Of a stretch of DNA of 42,243 nucleotides, positions 26,438-35,781 are shown piece by piece (position 1 is the first letter of the stretch; the number at the start of each line of letters is the position of its first letter). The notes under the pieces are model-generated. The model saw nothing but the letters and a program-made list of their open reading frames with translations. It did not search any database and was not told the origin of the DNA. A program made the translations under genes and the position numbers. Source of the stretch: an uncultured Pseudorhodobacter sp. GTDB taxonomy: Bacteria; Pseudomonadota; Alphaproteobacteria; Rhodobacterales; Rhodobacteraceae. The DNA lies in assembly GCA_945952425.1 (NCBI GenBank), contig CAMFIX010000001.1:1-42243 (forward strand), read 5' to 3'.

Positions 26438-28480
26438 TCAGGCCCCCGGATTTTTCCAAGTCCCGCGGTAGTCGCGGGCGCCCGTCCCGAAATCGTGCTC
26501 GAGCGTCGCCTGCCAGCCCTGGGTGCCGAAGGGCTCGTTGGTCCGCAGGCGCGGACCCGTGAACCCGTCCAGGTAGCCATAGACAAAGCAGGCGCCGCCC
26601 GCCGACCCGGGATCGGCGAACAGATACCAGGTGTTGCCCGTGATCTGGGCCGAGACAACGACTTCCAGCCGGCCGGTGAAGGGGTTGACGTTTGCGGGCT
26701 GGGCCGGGGTGATCTGCGTCACCAGCTGCAGGGCCTCGACCTCCTTGTCGGGGCCCACCAGCAGGATCGAGGGCGTCATGTTGAGTTTCAGCCCGTCGAT
26801 CGACGCCTGCTTGCGCATCGCCGCCTTGCCCGTCGCGAGCGACGCGACGGTGATCGCCGTGCCGGCGCCGGCCAGGTTCTTATGGGTTGCCGCCTCCCAA
26901 ACTGCCAGCGCGTCCGACGACAGGGTCGCGGTCGACATGAAGCCGTAGAAGGTCTGCTCCTCGAAATCGGCGACCGCCGATCCCCAGTCACCCAGCATGT
27001 CATCGATGGCACCGAGGTCGTCGTTGATCATCATCTGGCGCGAGATGCCGACGCCGACCGCATAGGGCGCAAGCTGCGCCGTCTCGCGCTTTTCGCCGAA
27101 GGTTCCGAACTTGATCTCGCCGTTTTCGCCCACCGGCTGCAGGCGGGGGAAATCGCCCGACCGCACCATCGGATGCGGACGGAAGTCCTTGAAGTCGCGG
27201 CGGCGCGCGATCTTGCGGTAGGTGGGCTCGGCCACCTGGTAGCGCTCCATCATTGACTTGTTGAGCGCGTTTTCGAAGATGCCGGGGAAATCGCTGGTCG
27301 AATGGGCGGCCGCCATGAAGATGTCGAGCCGGTCAGCCGCGCTGCGCATCGGGCCCTTATGGTCCGCGCAGATCGCCGCCATCTCGTAAAGCGGCATCGC
27401 CATGTAGGGCCGCGCGGCGTCCGTTTTCGGATCCGTGCGGGTGATCTGCGCGGTGATCGCCGCGCCCATGGCCTCGCGCCGCGTGGTGCGCTCGTCACGG
27501 GTGATCCGCGCGGTCTCGCGTCCATGCATCGGCTTGTCCCCCTCGGTGTCCTGCCGCTCCCTCATGATGATCTCCATCACCGCATCCGAGCTGGTGCCCG
27601 CCGCGATATGGTGGCTCGCGAACTCCATGTCCCGGCCCGCCATCGTGGCCATGTTCATGATCCGCATCGTCCGGCCCTGCTCGGCCCGGCGCGCGGCGGC
27701 GACTGCGCCGGGATCGCCCGCCGCCTTGTCCTCCGCGCCGCCGGTCTCCTCGGCCTGGTCCTCGTCATCGGCGCCGGCAATGGCCTTCGCCTTGTCCTCT
27801 TCGTCAGCCATCTTGGGCTCCTCTCTCTTGGTGCGGGGACGCCCCGCGATCATGGCCATCACGGCCGCTTTCCCGGGGGTACGCCCCAGGCCTTTCGATG
27901 ACGCCCGTAGATCGGCGGGCGCATGTGCATAGATCCGGTAGTCAAACCGCGCGGCGGCGGCGGCTTGCGTCGCGCCGTCGTAGGATGTCGCGAAGCCCAT
28001 CTCGACCGCCGCGGCACCGTCCAGGACCGTCTCGGCCCGCATCACCGCGCGCGCCTCCTCGCGGGTCAGGCCCGACCGCGCGGCATAGATGTCGGCATAG
28101 GCGTTCGAAATCGTGCCGAGGATCTCGGCCTCTTTCTGATGATCAGCCTCGGTGCCACGCCCTTCGGTCCAGGGCGACGCGGGATCATGGATCAGCATCC
28201 AGGCGCCAAGCCGCATCACGATCTGGTCGCCCGCCATCGCGATCAGCGACGCGGCCGATGCCGCAACACCATCGACGACCACGGTGACCTTGCCCGGATG
28301 GTCAACCAGCATCGTGTAGATCGCCTGCCCCTCGGTCGCGACACCGCCACCCGAGTTGATCCGGACGGTCACGTCGCCGGTGATCTTCGACAGGGCCTCT
28401 CGCACCGTCCGCGCGGTGAAATAGTCCTCATCCCACCAGCTCGCGCCCACTGTCCCGTAAAGATGGATCTCACTGTCCAT
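26438..28480 (-). CDS. ClpP-type prohead protease fused to major capsid protein
   Basis: RINSGGG, DGVAASAASLIAMAG, LIHDP; C-terminal HSTSDFPGIF...INDDLGA...DFGTGARDYRG. Confidence 0.9.
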   Translation of the reverse strand: MDSEIHLYGTVGASWWDEDYFTARTVREALSKITGDVTVRINSGGGVATEGQAIYTMLVDHPGKVTVVVDGVAASAASLIAMAGDQIVMRLGAWMLIHDPASPWTEGRGTEADHQKEAEILGTISNAYADIYAARSGLTREEARAVMRAETVLDGAAAVEMGFATSYDGATQAAAAARFDYRIYAHAPADLRASSKGLGRTPGKAAVMAMIAGRPRTKREEPKMADEEDKAKAIAGADDEDQAEETGGAEDKAAGDPGAVAAARRAEQGRTMRIMNMATMAGRDMEFASHHIAAGTSSDAVMEIIMRERQDTEGDKPMHGRETARITRDERTTRREAMGAAITAQITRTDPKTDAARPYMAMPLYEMAAICADHKGPMRSAADRLDIFMAAAHSTSDFPGIFENALNKSMMERYQVAEPTYRKIARRRDFKDFRPHPMVRSGDFPRLQPVGENGEIKFGTFGEKRETAQLAPYAVGVGISRQMMINDDLGAIDDMLGDWGSAVADFEEQTFYGFMSTATLSSDALAVWEAATHKNLAGAGTAITVASLATGKAAMRKQASIDGLKLNMTPSILLVGPDKEVEALQLVTQITPAQPANVNPFTGRLEVVVSAQITGNTWYLFADPGSAGGACFVYGYLDGFTGPRLRTNEPFGTQGWQATLEHDFGTGARDYRGTWKNPGA

Positions 28481-29984
28481 TCGGATCCTGTCCTTTCCCG
28501 CCCGCGCCACCCGCAGGCTCGTTCGTTTGGCCATGGCCGGCCGATCCCGGCTGGCCGGCGACCGCGTTGCGCGCGTCGCTGTCGAATTTCAGACCGGCCT
28601 TGTCGGCCGCCTCGGCATCGGCGATCTGCTCGCGCATCACATCGTCCGGATCGTCGCCAAGCTCGCGGATCACCTGCTGGCGCGCCGCGAAGCCCGACCG
28701 CACCTTGTCGCGCAAGGCGCCGATCTCGCGCGCCGGATCGATCAGCGGCCGAACCGGCGCCACCCAGTCGAGCGTCAGGCCACGTTTCGGGACAACGGCA
28801 TTTTCCAGCGCCCATTCCTCGATGATCCAGCGCCCGATTGGCTGCATCATCTGCGGGATCAGCATCAGCCACTGCCAGGCGGCGATGGCCTGATCCATCT
28901 CGATCCGGCCGGCCTTGTAGCTCGTGAAATTCACGTTGCTCAGGTCGCCCGAGAGGGCCTCATAGGTGATGCCCATGCCGGCCGCGACCGTGCGCAGGAC
29001 CGCCCGCGTGAACTCTTCATGTCCCGTCACCGCCGGCGGCTCGGCGAAGGTCACATCCTCGCCGGGCTTCAGCCGGCGGATCGTGCCCGGCACGATCGTG
29101 CCGCCAAGATCATCGACCTCGCCGGCCTTGCCGGACTGGCCGTCGCCGTCGTCGGTGACGAAGGCCGCGAAACAGGCGGCGATCTTTTGGCGCATCAGCT
29201 GCGCATCCTGCCCGTCGGCCAGGTCCTGCAACGCCAGGGCGACTGGCGCAAACCAGCTCACCCCCCGCATCTGCCCCGGCCGGTCCTGCCGGTAGACATG
29301 CAAGATGTCGGAAGCCGGAACCCGGTGCGACTGGAAGCTCTTGATCCAGCGCGCGTTCGATCCCGGATGCTCGTCGAAAAGCCAGTAGGCCACGCGCCGT
29401 CCGATCGCGTCATACTCGATCCCCTCGCGGATCTGCCCGCCCGCATCGGCGATCCCGGTTCGCGACGTGTCGATATAGTCGGCCTCGATCAGCTGCAGCT
29501 GCAGGGCCAGCGGCAGGCGGTCGCTCCTCAGCCGCTGGCGCCGCCGGATCAGCACCTCGCCCGCATCGATGACCGCATTCATCGCCAGACGCTGCAGCCC
29601 GAAGAGCGTATTGCGCCCGTCGGCATCGATCGCGGTCGTCAGCAGGTGATCCTGGATCACCTGGCTCAGCGCCGCCTGCTGGCTCGACGTGCCGCCCCGC
29701 ACCTTCGGCAGGATCCCGGTGCCGACAACATTGCCCGCGATGACCGCCTGTGCCCGCGCCGCGAGCGGCGTGTTGCGGATCATGTCGCGGGCGATGAAGG
29801 CAAGACGCGCCCGCCGCACCGCCGCCGCATCCGCATCCGACGCCGTCGGCCGCCAGGATGACCCCCGCCGCCCCGCTTGGGCAGCATCATAGTTCATCAC
29901 GACATTCAGCGCGGCCCGCGCCCGTGCGCGGCGCAAGGCCCGGTCCGGCGACAGGGCCGCCAGCGCACGTTCGAAGATGTTCAT
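28470..29984 (-). CDS. Portal protein, lambda family
   Basis: GIEYDAIGRRVAYW, RPGQMRGVSW, YEALSGDLSNVNF. Confidence 0.93.
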   Translation of the reverse strand: MNIFERALAALSPDRALRRARARAALNVVMNYDAAQAGRRGSSWRPTASDADAAAVRRARLAFIARDMIRNTPLAARAQAVIAGNVVGTGILPKVRGGTSSQQAALSQVIQDHLLTTAIDADGRNTLFGLQRLAMNAVIDAGEVLIRRRQRLRSDRLPLALQLQLIEADYIDTSRTGIADAGGQIREGIEYDAIGRRVAYWLFDEHPGSNARWIKSFQSHRVPASDILHVYRQDRPGQMRGVSWFAPVALALQDLADGQDAQLMRQKIAACFAAFVTDDGDGQSGKAGEVDDLGGTIVPGTIRRLKPGEDVTFAEPPAVTGHEEFTRAVLRTVAAGMGITYEALSGDLSNVNFTSYKAGRIEMDQAIAAWQWLMLIPQMMQPIGRWIIEEWALENAVVPKRGLTLDWVAPVRPLIDPAREIGALRDKVRSGFAARQQVIRELGDDPDDVMREQIADAEAADKAGLKFDSDARNAVAGQPGSAGHGQTNEPAGGAGGKGQDPNGQ

Positions 29985-29987
29985 CGC

Positions 29988-30197
29988 TCAGAGGCCCTTT
30001 CCGTAGGTCGGCGTCAGATTGCGCGAGGCAGTCGCCGCGCCGCCCTGCGTCGCCAGAAGGCTGGCCGTGTGGGACCGTGCCGCGCGCAGCTCGAGCATCG
30101 AGCGATATTCGATCCGCTTGCCGTCATACTGGCTGACCAGCACACCCGAGGCGATCATCTGGTCCAGCCGGTCGAGATCGGCCTGCGTTACGCTCAT
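29988..30197 (-). CDS. Head-tail joining protein (gpW-like)
   Basis: IASGVLVSQYDGKRIEYRSMLEL; between terminase and portal genes. Confidence 0.8.
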   Translation of the reverse strand: MSVTQADLDRLDQMIASGVLVSQYDGKRIEYRSMLELRAARSHTASLLATQGGAATASRNLTPTYGKGL

Positions 30198-32212
30198 ATC
30201 CAGTTGCTCCTTGGCTCGATCCAGCCATCGGTCGGCTCATCCCGTCTGACCGCCGGTACTTTCGGCGCGTCAGGTGGCAGAGCCGGCTCGGCCAGGCTGA
30301 CCGATGCGTCGAAAAGATCGGCTTGCGCCTCGGCCGGTGCCGCGCCCCGCTCGGCGGTCAGCCGCTCCCAGTCTTCCTCGGTCATCGCCGCCCAGCCCTT
30401 CAGCCGTGCCGCGACCTCCGCGTAATTTTCCGTGTCAAGCGCCTCGTTTCGCCGCCCCGGCTCGGCCAACTCCCATTGGCTGACGTTGACCCCCGACCGG
30501 CTGCGCTTCAGGACGCGCACCTCGGCGGTGATCATTCGGTAAAACTCGTCGCCGAGCGCCCGGGCGAAGGCGCAGAAACCCCGCGAAAGCGGGTCGTCCT
30601 TGGCCAGCCAGGCATAAAAGTCGGCCTTCAGCTGGCTCACGTTCACGAGCCAGGCGCGTCGGTCGCGCTTGCGGACCTTTCCGTCTTTGCGCACATCCTC
30701 GAACATCGGCTTGTAAAGCGGCCCCGACTGGGTCGAGGCGCCCTTGACGATGATCACCCGGTTCCACGGATGCCGCTTCGCCCAGGACCAGACGTCCGAG
30801 GTAAAGGCGCCGGCATCGATCGCCAGCATGTCGATCGGCAGCCTGAGCCCCCGCTCGGTTTTCCAGGTCCCCTTCAGCAGGCGATCGAGCGCCTCGCGGC
30901 ATTCCTCGGTCCCGATATGATGCGGGATCACGATGTAGTCGATCGTCCAGCGCCGCCAGTTGCGCCCGAAGCATTTCAGATGGACCTCGGTCCGGTCCTG
31001 CTGGCAGTCAACGCCAGCGGTGAAGATAAAACCCGCCGCGGGCAGCACGCCGCGCTCCAGCACCTCGGCCACCGGCGCATTCTCGACCCGGTCCCTCAGC
31101 GCCTCCCAGTTCGGACCTTTCGAGGCCTGCTCGTAAGGCAGGCCCAGAACGTCGTTCCAGAAGACCTGCTCGGTCTCTGCCTCGACCGCCTGCGCGATCG
31201 CGGCCTCCGTCTCGCCGGTCAGGCTGAGCCGGGTCCAGCCCATCACCTGGGCATAGGCGACCGCGATCGAGGCCCAGTCCCGCTGCGGCGCATAGGCGCG
31301 CCACAGGTGAAACCCCGGATGGTCGCCGCGCGGGTTCGTGGCAACCCACTTGCCCAGACCGACGATGCGCTCCTTGTCACTGTGCCGGATCTCGCAGCCA
31401 CAGGCGTCGCAGGAAAAGCAGGCCGCGTGCAGCCGCTCGGGGTCGATGTTCTTCTTCAGGTTTTCCCAGGTCAGGGGCGCCATGTTGCCGCAATGCGGGC
31501 ATGGCACCTGGTAAAACCTCTGGTCGGACCGGGCGAAGGCCCGGCTGATCCGGCAGGTGCCGGAGATGAGCGGCGTCGAGACCCGCAGGATCTTTGCATC
31601 CTCGAATCCGTCCGCCCGGCTGACCGCCAGGGCGTCGGGGTCGCCCTTGTCGGTCATCTCGAATTTCGCCACGTCATCCATGATGACCAGGCGCCGCGTC
31701 GTCCCCGTCAGGTCGGTCGGTGACCCTGCCGACACGATTTTGAGCGACCCGTTTCGCGCCAGCGTCTCCTGGTTGAAGATCGCATCGACATTGTCGCCGC
31801 TGCGCCCGTCCCCGAAGATGTCGCGCAACGCTGGGGTTGCCCGCCGCATCGGGCCCCACTTGTTCAGCGCCCACTCCTTCGCCGCCGTCCCGGTCGGATG
31901 CACGACCAGTGCGTCGAGCGCGGTCGAACAGAACCAGGCCGCCAGCGTCGGCTGGATGATCGACACCGTCTTGCCCCACTGGGCCGACCCCCGGACCGTC
32001 ACTTCCCGACAGGGATGCTCGGGCGACAGGACCTCGTGGATTTCCCGCAGGAATGGGAACCGCGCGATCCGGAACGGCCCCGGCATGGGCGAGCGATCGT
32101 CGAAGACGATGTTTGCCTCGCACCAGGCCGTGATATCGACCGGCGGCGGCGGCTGCATTTCCCGGGCCATGGCGCGCGCCACGACCAGGGCAGCTGGCGA
32201 CAGGAACCCCAT
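30194..32212 (-). CDS. terL: Terminase large subunit, lambda GpA family
   Basis: Walker A SAQWGKT, VIMDD, CPHC...CDAC, AGVDCQ, NEALD. Confidence 0.95.
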   Translation of the reverse strand: MGFLSPAALVVARAMAREMQPPPPVDITAWCEANIVFDDRSPMPGPFRIARFPFLREIHEVLSPEHPCREVTVRGSAQWGKTVSIIQPTLAAWFCSTALDALVVHPTGTAAKEWALNKWGPMRRATPALRDIFGDGRSGDNVDAIFNQETLARNGSLKIVSAGSPTDLTGTTRRLVIMDDVAKFEMTDKGDPDALAVSRADGFEDAKILRVSTPLISGTCRISRAFARSDQRFYQVPCPHCGNMAPLTWENLKKNIDPERLHAACFSCDACGCEIRHSDKERIVGLGKWVATNPRGDHPGFHLWRAYAPQRDWASIAVAYAQVMGWTRLSLTGETEAAIAQAVEAETEQVFWNDVLGLPYEQASKGPNWEALRDRVENAPVAEVLERGVLPAAGFIFTAGVDCQQDRTEVHLKCFGRNWRRWTIDYIVIPHHIGTEECREALDRLLKGTWKTERGLRLPIDMLAIDAGAFTSDVWSWAKRHPWNRVIIVKGASTQSGPLYKPMFEDVRKDGKVRKRDRRAWLVNVSQLKADFYAWLAKDDPLSRGFCAFARALGDEFYRMITAEVRVLKRSRSGVNVSQWELAEPGRRNEALDTENYAEVAARLKGWAAMTEEDWERLTAERGAAPAEAQADLFDASVSLAEPALPPDAPKVPAVRRDEPTDGWIEPRSNWI

Positions 32213-32829
32213 CAGATGTCGGCCTCGGCCTCGGTCCCGGTCAGATCGGCGACTGCCGCCTCACCAACCAGCCCATCGACCCTGTCTGACCGATGCGCCC
32301 GAAAGAGGTCCGTCAGGATCTTCCGCGCCGCCTTGAAATCGACCCCCAACTGGTCCGCGATCGCCCGCGCCCCGTCCCGCAGAAGTGTCTCGAAACCGGC
32401 AATCTCTGCCCGGATCGCCTTTGCCGTTTCCCTCTCGACCTCGCTTGCCAGGACATAGGCCCCGTCCGCGACCGCATTGTCGCGGCGAAGGCGGCGCAGT
32501 TCCTCATTCGCCTTGGCGAGCTTGACCAGTTCCATCTCGTCCGGATCAGTCAGCGGCAACCGGCTTTCGGGCCTGGGCGTCGCTGGCTCTTCCGGCTTCT
32601 CCGCCTGCAAGGCCCGGATCGCTCGCCGGGTTTCCAGCCCGTTGCCGAGCATCTGCCCCTTGTCGAGCTTCCGGCCAAGCGCGCTCGTGACCTTGTCGAG
32701 GTCAAACCGCCGCGACCGCCCTTCGCCCTGGTAGCACCCATCGAGCTTCCCCTCGCTCAGATACTGACTGATCCGGCCTTTCGACAGGTTCAGCGTATTT
32801 GCGAGTTCGGTGGCGGAAAGGTGTGACAT
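32212..32829 (-). CDS. terS: Terminase small subunit (wHTH plus coiled coil)
   Basis: SATELANTLNLSKGRISQY; coupled to terL. Confidence 0.8.
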   Translation of the reverse strand: MSHLSATELANTLNLSKGRISQYLSEGKLDGCYQGEGRSRRFDLDKVTSALGRKLDKGQMLGNGLETRRAIRALQAEKPEEPATPRPESRLPLTDPDEMELVKLAKANEELRRLRRDNAVADGAYVLASEVERETAKAIRAEIAGFETLLRDGARAIADQLGVDFKAARKILTDLFRAHRSDRVDGLVGEAAVADLTGTEAEADI

Positions 32830-32836
32830 GGCTCCC

Positions 32837-32950
32837 GTTTAGGCCCCTGTGCCAAGTTTAGCCCCGCAGGTTTAGGCTTTCAGTTTCGTTTAGCCGCAGA
32901 AAACCATCGCCCCTTGCCGCCCGTATAGGGTTGGGCGGCCGGAAGGACCC
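32837..32950 (-). other. Putative cos site (cosQ, cosN and cosB-like repeats)
   Basis: GGGTCCT (32950-32944), GGGCGGCAAGGG (32922-32911), four CTAAAC repeats before terS. Confidence 0.65.
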
Positions 32951-33049
32951 GAAGGGGGTGGTCAAGGCATGGCAAGTGGCGCGCCGTCTGGCCGACGCGC
33001 TGCCGATTTGCGCCTCTGCCCCTCGGGGCGCGAGAGGGCCGGGTATGCT

Positions 33050-33119
33050 TGGAGCTGGCTGTGGGAATCGAACCCACGCGCTCGTCCTCGAGGACCGAGG
33101 GGCAGCCACTGCAACCAGC
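33050..33119 (-). ncRNA. tRNA-like RNA / atypical tRNA
   Basis: 7-bp acceptor stem GCTGGTT/AGCCAGC, T73-CCA, T arm GTGGG-TTCGATT-CCCAC; shrunken D arm; non-canonical anticodon arm. Confidence 0.7.
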
Positions 33120-33121
33120 CG

Positions 33122-33160
33122 AAAAGGAAGCGCCCGCGCGGGTTGATTCCCGGCGGGCGC
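33122..33160 (-). terminator. Intrinsic terminator in the late leader (tR'-like)
   Basis: GCGCCCGC...GCGGGCGC stem followed by TTCCTTTT. Confidence 0.6.
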
Positions 33161-33177
33161 AAATCTTCGATGTTTCG

Positions 33178-33206
33178 TGGTTACGTCAATCCCTTGAGAT
33201 TGTCAA
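33178..33206 (-). promoter_or_regulatory. Putative late promoter (pR'-like)
   Basis: TTGACA-17 nt-TAACCA pointing into the terminator and late operon; the -10 is a weak match. Confidence 0.5.
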
Positions 33207-33211
33207 CGCGC

Positions 33212-33628
33212 TCAATCCAACATAGCGACCATGATCTTGCGCGAAGCTTCGGACACGTGGTGGGTCGAGTAATCCAGAAACGCCTCCAACGCCTCTTCCC
33301 GACGGAACCATTCGCCTCTCGCGTGACACCGCGCAAATCTCGCGTGAAGCTTTCTCTCATGAGACCTTCCGGCCCCGTGCAGCATGAAGATCAGCTTGAG
33401 ATCGAAAGGACATCCTGCCTGCAGCGTATTGATCCGGTCGCCGATCTTGCGGGCGTCGAGAATGGTCCCAATCTTGATCAGGTTGGTGCCGACGGCCGCC
33501 AGAAAGTACACCGCCGAAACACTATCTGCCGCAGCGCGAACGACCGATCTTTGCCCTGTCGAGATTGGCTGCGCGCCCTCCCGCTCGATCATGTCGTCCT
33601 CCGCGCTTTGGTGTGTTTTTTTGAACAT
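33212..33628 (-). CDS. GIY-YIG superfamily (T5orf172/MUG113-like) protein
   Basis: VYFL...IKIG...RINTLQAGCP..L...ERKLHARF...RGEWF. Confidence 0.85.
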   Translation of the reverse strand: MFKKTHQSAEDDMIEREGAQPISTGQRSVVRAAADSVSAVYFLAAVGTNLIKIGTILDARKIGDRINTLQAGCPFDLKLIFMLHGAGRSHERKLHARFARCHARGEWFRREEALEAFLDYSTHHVSEASRKIMVAMLD

Positions 33629-33639
33629 ACCACCCTCCG

Positions 33640-34281
33640 TTATTTCCGGTTCCATGGCTGCATCGGCGGCATCGCGTCCGACAGCTCATGGTCGGCGAAG
33701 GTCAGAAGCTGCAGGTCGCAGCGCAGGTCGCGAAGCGCGCCCCACCAGTCCAGGTAGCCGCGCCGCGCCGCCGCGATCTTGGCGGCCGAGGGCGCGTAGG
33801 TCACGGGGCAGGCCCGGACCTCGCGCGTCGTCATGCGCCCGCGGTGGCGATAGGTGATCGTCTGCACGACCTCGGTCTGGGCATGGAGCCCGTGCCTTGT
33901 GCCCTTCCAGTTGACCGGCACCACCTTCGGCCGCGCGCCGGGCATCCAGTCCGGCGCCATCCGGGCGCGCGCCAGCTCGGCCATGTAGATCGCCATCGGC
34001 AGGCCGCCCCTGGCCGAGGGCAGGTTCTGCAGGACGGCCGCCACCACCTCGGCATCCTCGTGCGGCAGGGACCGGCCGATCGAGGTGTCGATGCGAATGC
34101 CGCCCAGCTGCATCCGCTCCATCAGCACATACTCCATGCCGACGCCGGGCAGGCCGACCCCGCCCAGGGCCTTGTGCGGGTCCGTCTCGATCTGCGCCTT
34201 CTCGACGGCGAAGGCCCATTCGAGGATCTGTTGCACACCCAGCAGGCGCTTGGGCTTGCGGGCCACGGCGAGCGCCCTCAT
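33640..34281 (-). CDS. Conserved phage protein, putative late-gene regulator (Q position)
   Basis: ILEWAFAVEKA...PHEDAEVVA...PDWMP...CPVTY...YLDWWGAL; function inferred from position only. Confidence 0.6.
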   Translation of the reverse strand: MRALAVARKPKRLLGVQQILEWAFAVEKAQIETDPHKALGGVGLPGVGMEYVLMERMQLGGIRIDTSIGRSLPHEDAEVVAAVLQNLPSARGGLPMAIYMAELARARMAPDWMPGARPKVVPVNWKGTRHGLHAQTEVVQTITYRHRGRMTTREVRACPVTYAPSAAKIAAARRGYLDWWGALRDLRCDLQLLTFADHELSDAMPPMQPWNRK

Positions 34282-34931
34282 GCCGCCACCCCCGCGTCGC
34301 CATGGCCGCGCGCGGCGCGTTCGCGGGCGACGATCGCCTCGCAGCGGGCGCGGGCGGCCAGATACCGGCGCGCCCATTCGACTTCGTCGGCCCGGACGCC
34401 CAGCCCGGCGGCCTGGCGCTCCTCGACGATCTTCAGGCGCCGGTTGGCCTCGCCCGCCGCCTCGGCCACCATCTTGCGGGCCTGGTCGGAATAGGGCGGG
34501 GCTTTGCGGCGGGTGATGTAGTCCCAGACCTCGACCAGCTCGCCCGCCGCCATGGCGCGCGGCCCCTCGACCGAGCCGAACCAGCTGAGGAGCGCGGGCA
34601 GCTCTTCGAGCGGGCGGGGCTGCACCAGCTCGGCGAAGGCCACGAAGGTCGCGCGGTCCGGCCAGAGGTTGCGCGCCGAGCCCTGGCCCTTCGGGCGCAG
34701 CATGTCGGCCAGCGCGCGCAGCCGGTCCTCGGCCATATAGCCCAGCTCGTCGGCCAGCCCGTCCAGGAACTGGCGCTGCGCCGCCTCGTCCACCTCGCGG
34801 CGAAAGCGGAAGCCCAGGGGGTCGAGGAGGCACCGCCGCACCCTCGCCCGCTTCGTCTCCACTGGCCCGCTCTCTGGCCCGCTCTCTGGCCCCTCCGCCT
34901 GGCCGCCCGCCCGGTCTTCTTGCCCGTCCAT
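34278..34931 (-). CDS. Hypothetical replication-region protein
   Basis: GGAG RBS; short GPES (12-bp) tandem near the N-terminus. Confidence 0.65.
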   Translation of the reverse strand: MDGQEDRAGGQAEGPESGPESGPVETKRARVRRCLLDPLGFRFRREVDEAAQRQFLDGLADELGYMAEDRLRALADMLRPKGQGSARNLWPDRATFVAFAELVQPRPLEELPALLSWFGSVEGPRAMAAGELVEVWDYITRRKAPPYSDQARKMVAEAAGEANRRLKIVEERQAAGLGVRADEVEWARRYLAARARCEAIVARERAARGHGDAGVAA

Positions 34932-35010
34932 CGCCGCCCGCTCCTTTTCCCCAGCCACTGCCCGCTCTCCGCTTTCCCGCCGCCCGCCGTCTCTCACCCC
35001 CGCAAAAGAG

Positions 35011-35137
35011 GTCTTGTCGTGTAATGTGATGTTCTGTCCTGTCTTGTAGGGCTCTCTCACCTCAAACCCATGAAATCTCGCTGCGATTTCACCGAGAGAC
35101 GCCGAGATTTTCCCGCGATCTCTCTGAGATATCTCAG
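35011..35137. other. Putative replication origin
   Basis: Seven ACAnn 5-nt units on the minus strand; GAGAT/ATCTC-type inverted repeats including CTGAGATATCTCAG. Confidence 0.45.
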
Positions 35138-35781
35138 CGCTCTTGCACCTCGATTTCGCCCCCGCGGACGAGCGACACCACCGCCCCGACGCCCATCGAG
35201 GCGAGCCCCGAGGCCACGTTTTCCGACGTCACGTGCAGGCCCGACGCGATCAGCCATTCGGCGACGCGCGTGATCAGCATGTCGTCCGCCAGGAGCCGCG
35301 CCGGGCGCTTCGACTTCTCCATCTGCTGGCGGATTTTCCACTTGACGTTCGCGAGCCGCGCCGCGTCGCGGCCCATCTTACGGCCGTTCTTGCGGTTCCA
35401 GGCATAGACCGCCTGTTCCGCCACCACCCGGTGCCCAAGCCGGTTCTGAAGCCGCGCGCCGTCGTCACCCTCGACATGGCAGGTCGACCAGCCGTTCAGG
35501 ACCTCGGCGCGGACCGCGCGCCATCCGGCCACGTCGGGCCCGAAGCCCGCGAGCCGCGCAAGCGCGACGTCATTGTCGGGCAGCGTGCCGCCCGGGTCCT
35601 GCTTGAAGGCCTCGCACCACAGAAGGACGGCGGTGAAGGCCGCCGCGCGGCCCGCCTCGCCGGCCACGCAGGCGTCGGCCGCGAACTGCGAGCCCAGAAG
35701 CCTGTGAAAATGCAGCGGAAACCAGTCCTGGTCCGCGATGGTCTCGCCCCATCTCAGCGGATAGACCCAGAAGTCCGTCAC
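35134..35781 (-). CDS. DUF1376/YdaU-like replication initiator-type protein
   Basis: WFPLHFHRLLGS...LLWCEAFKQDPGGTLPDNDVALARLAG...RLGHRVV. Confidence 0.75.
   Translation of the reverse strand: MTDFWVYPLRWGETIADQDWFPLHFHRLLGSQFAADACVAGEAGRAAAFTAVLLWCEAFKQDPGGTLPDNDVALARLAGFGPDVAGWRAVRAEVLNGWSTCHVEGDDGARLQNRLGHRVVAEQAVYAWNRKNGRKMGRDAARLANVKWKIRQQMEKSKRPARLLADDMLITRVAEWLIASGLHVTSENVASGLASMGVGAVVSLVRGGEIEVQER

Noticed and set aside
15493-32829. Gene transfer agent cluster
   Set aside because: Integrase, repressor switch, replication genes and a cos-type terminase indicate a true temperate phage
4777-32893. Shared TAAAC core between attP arm repeats and cos-proximal repeats
   Set aside because: Only five bases are shared and the flanks differ; probably coincidence
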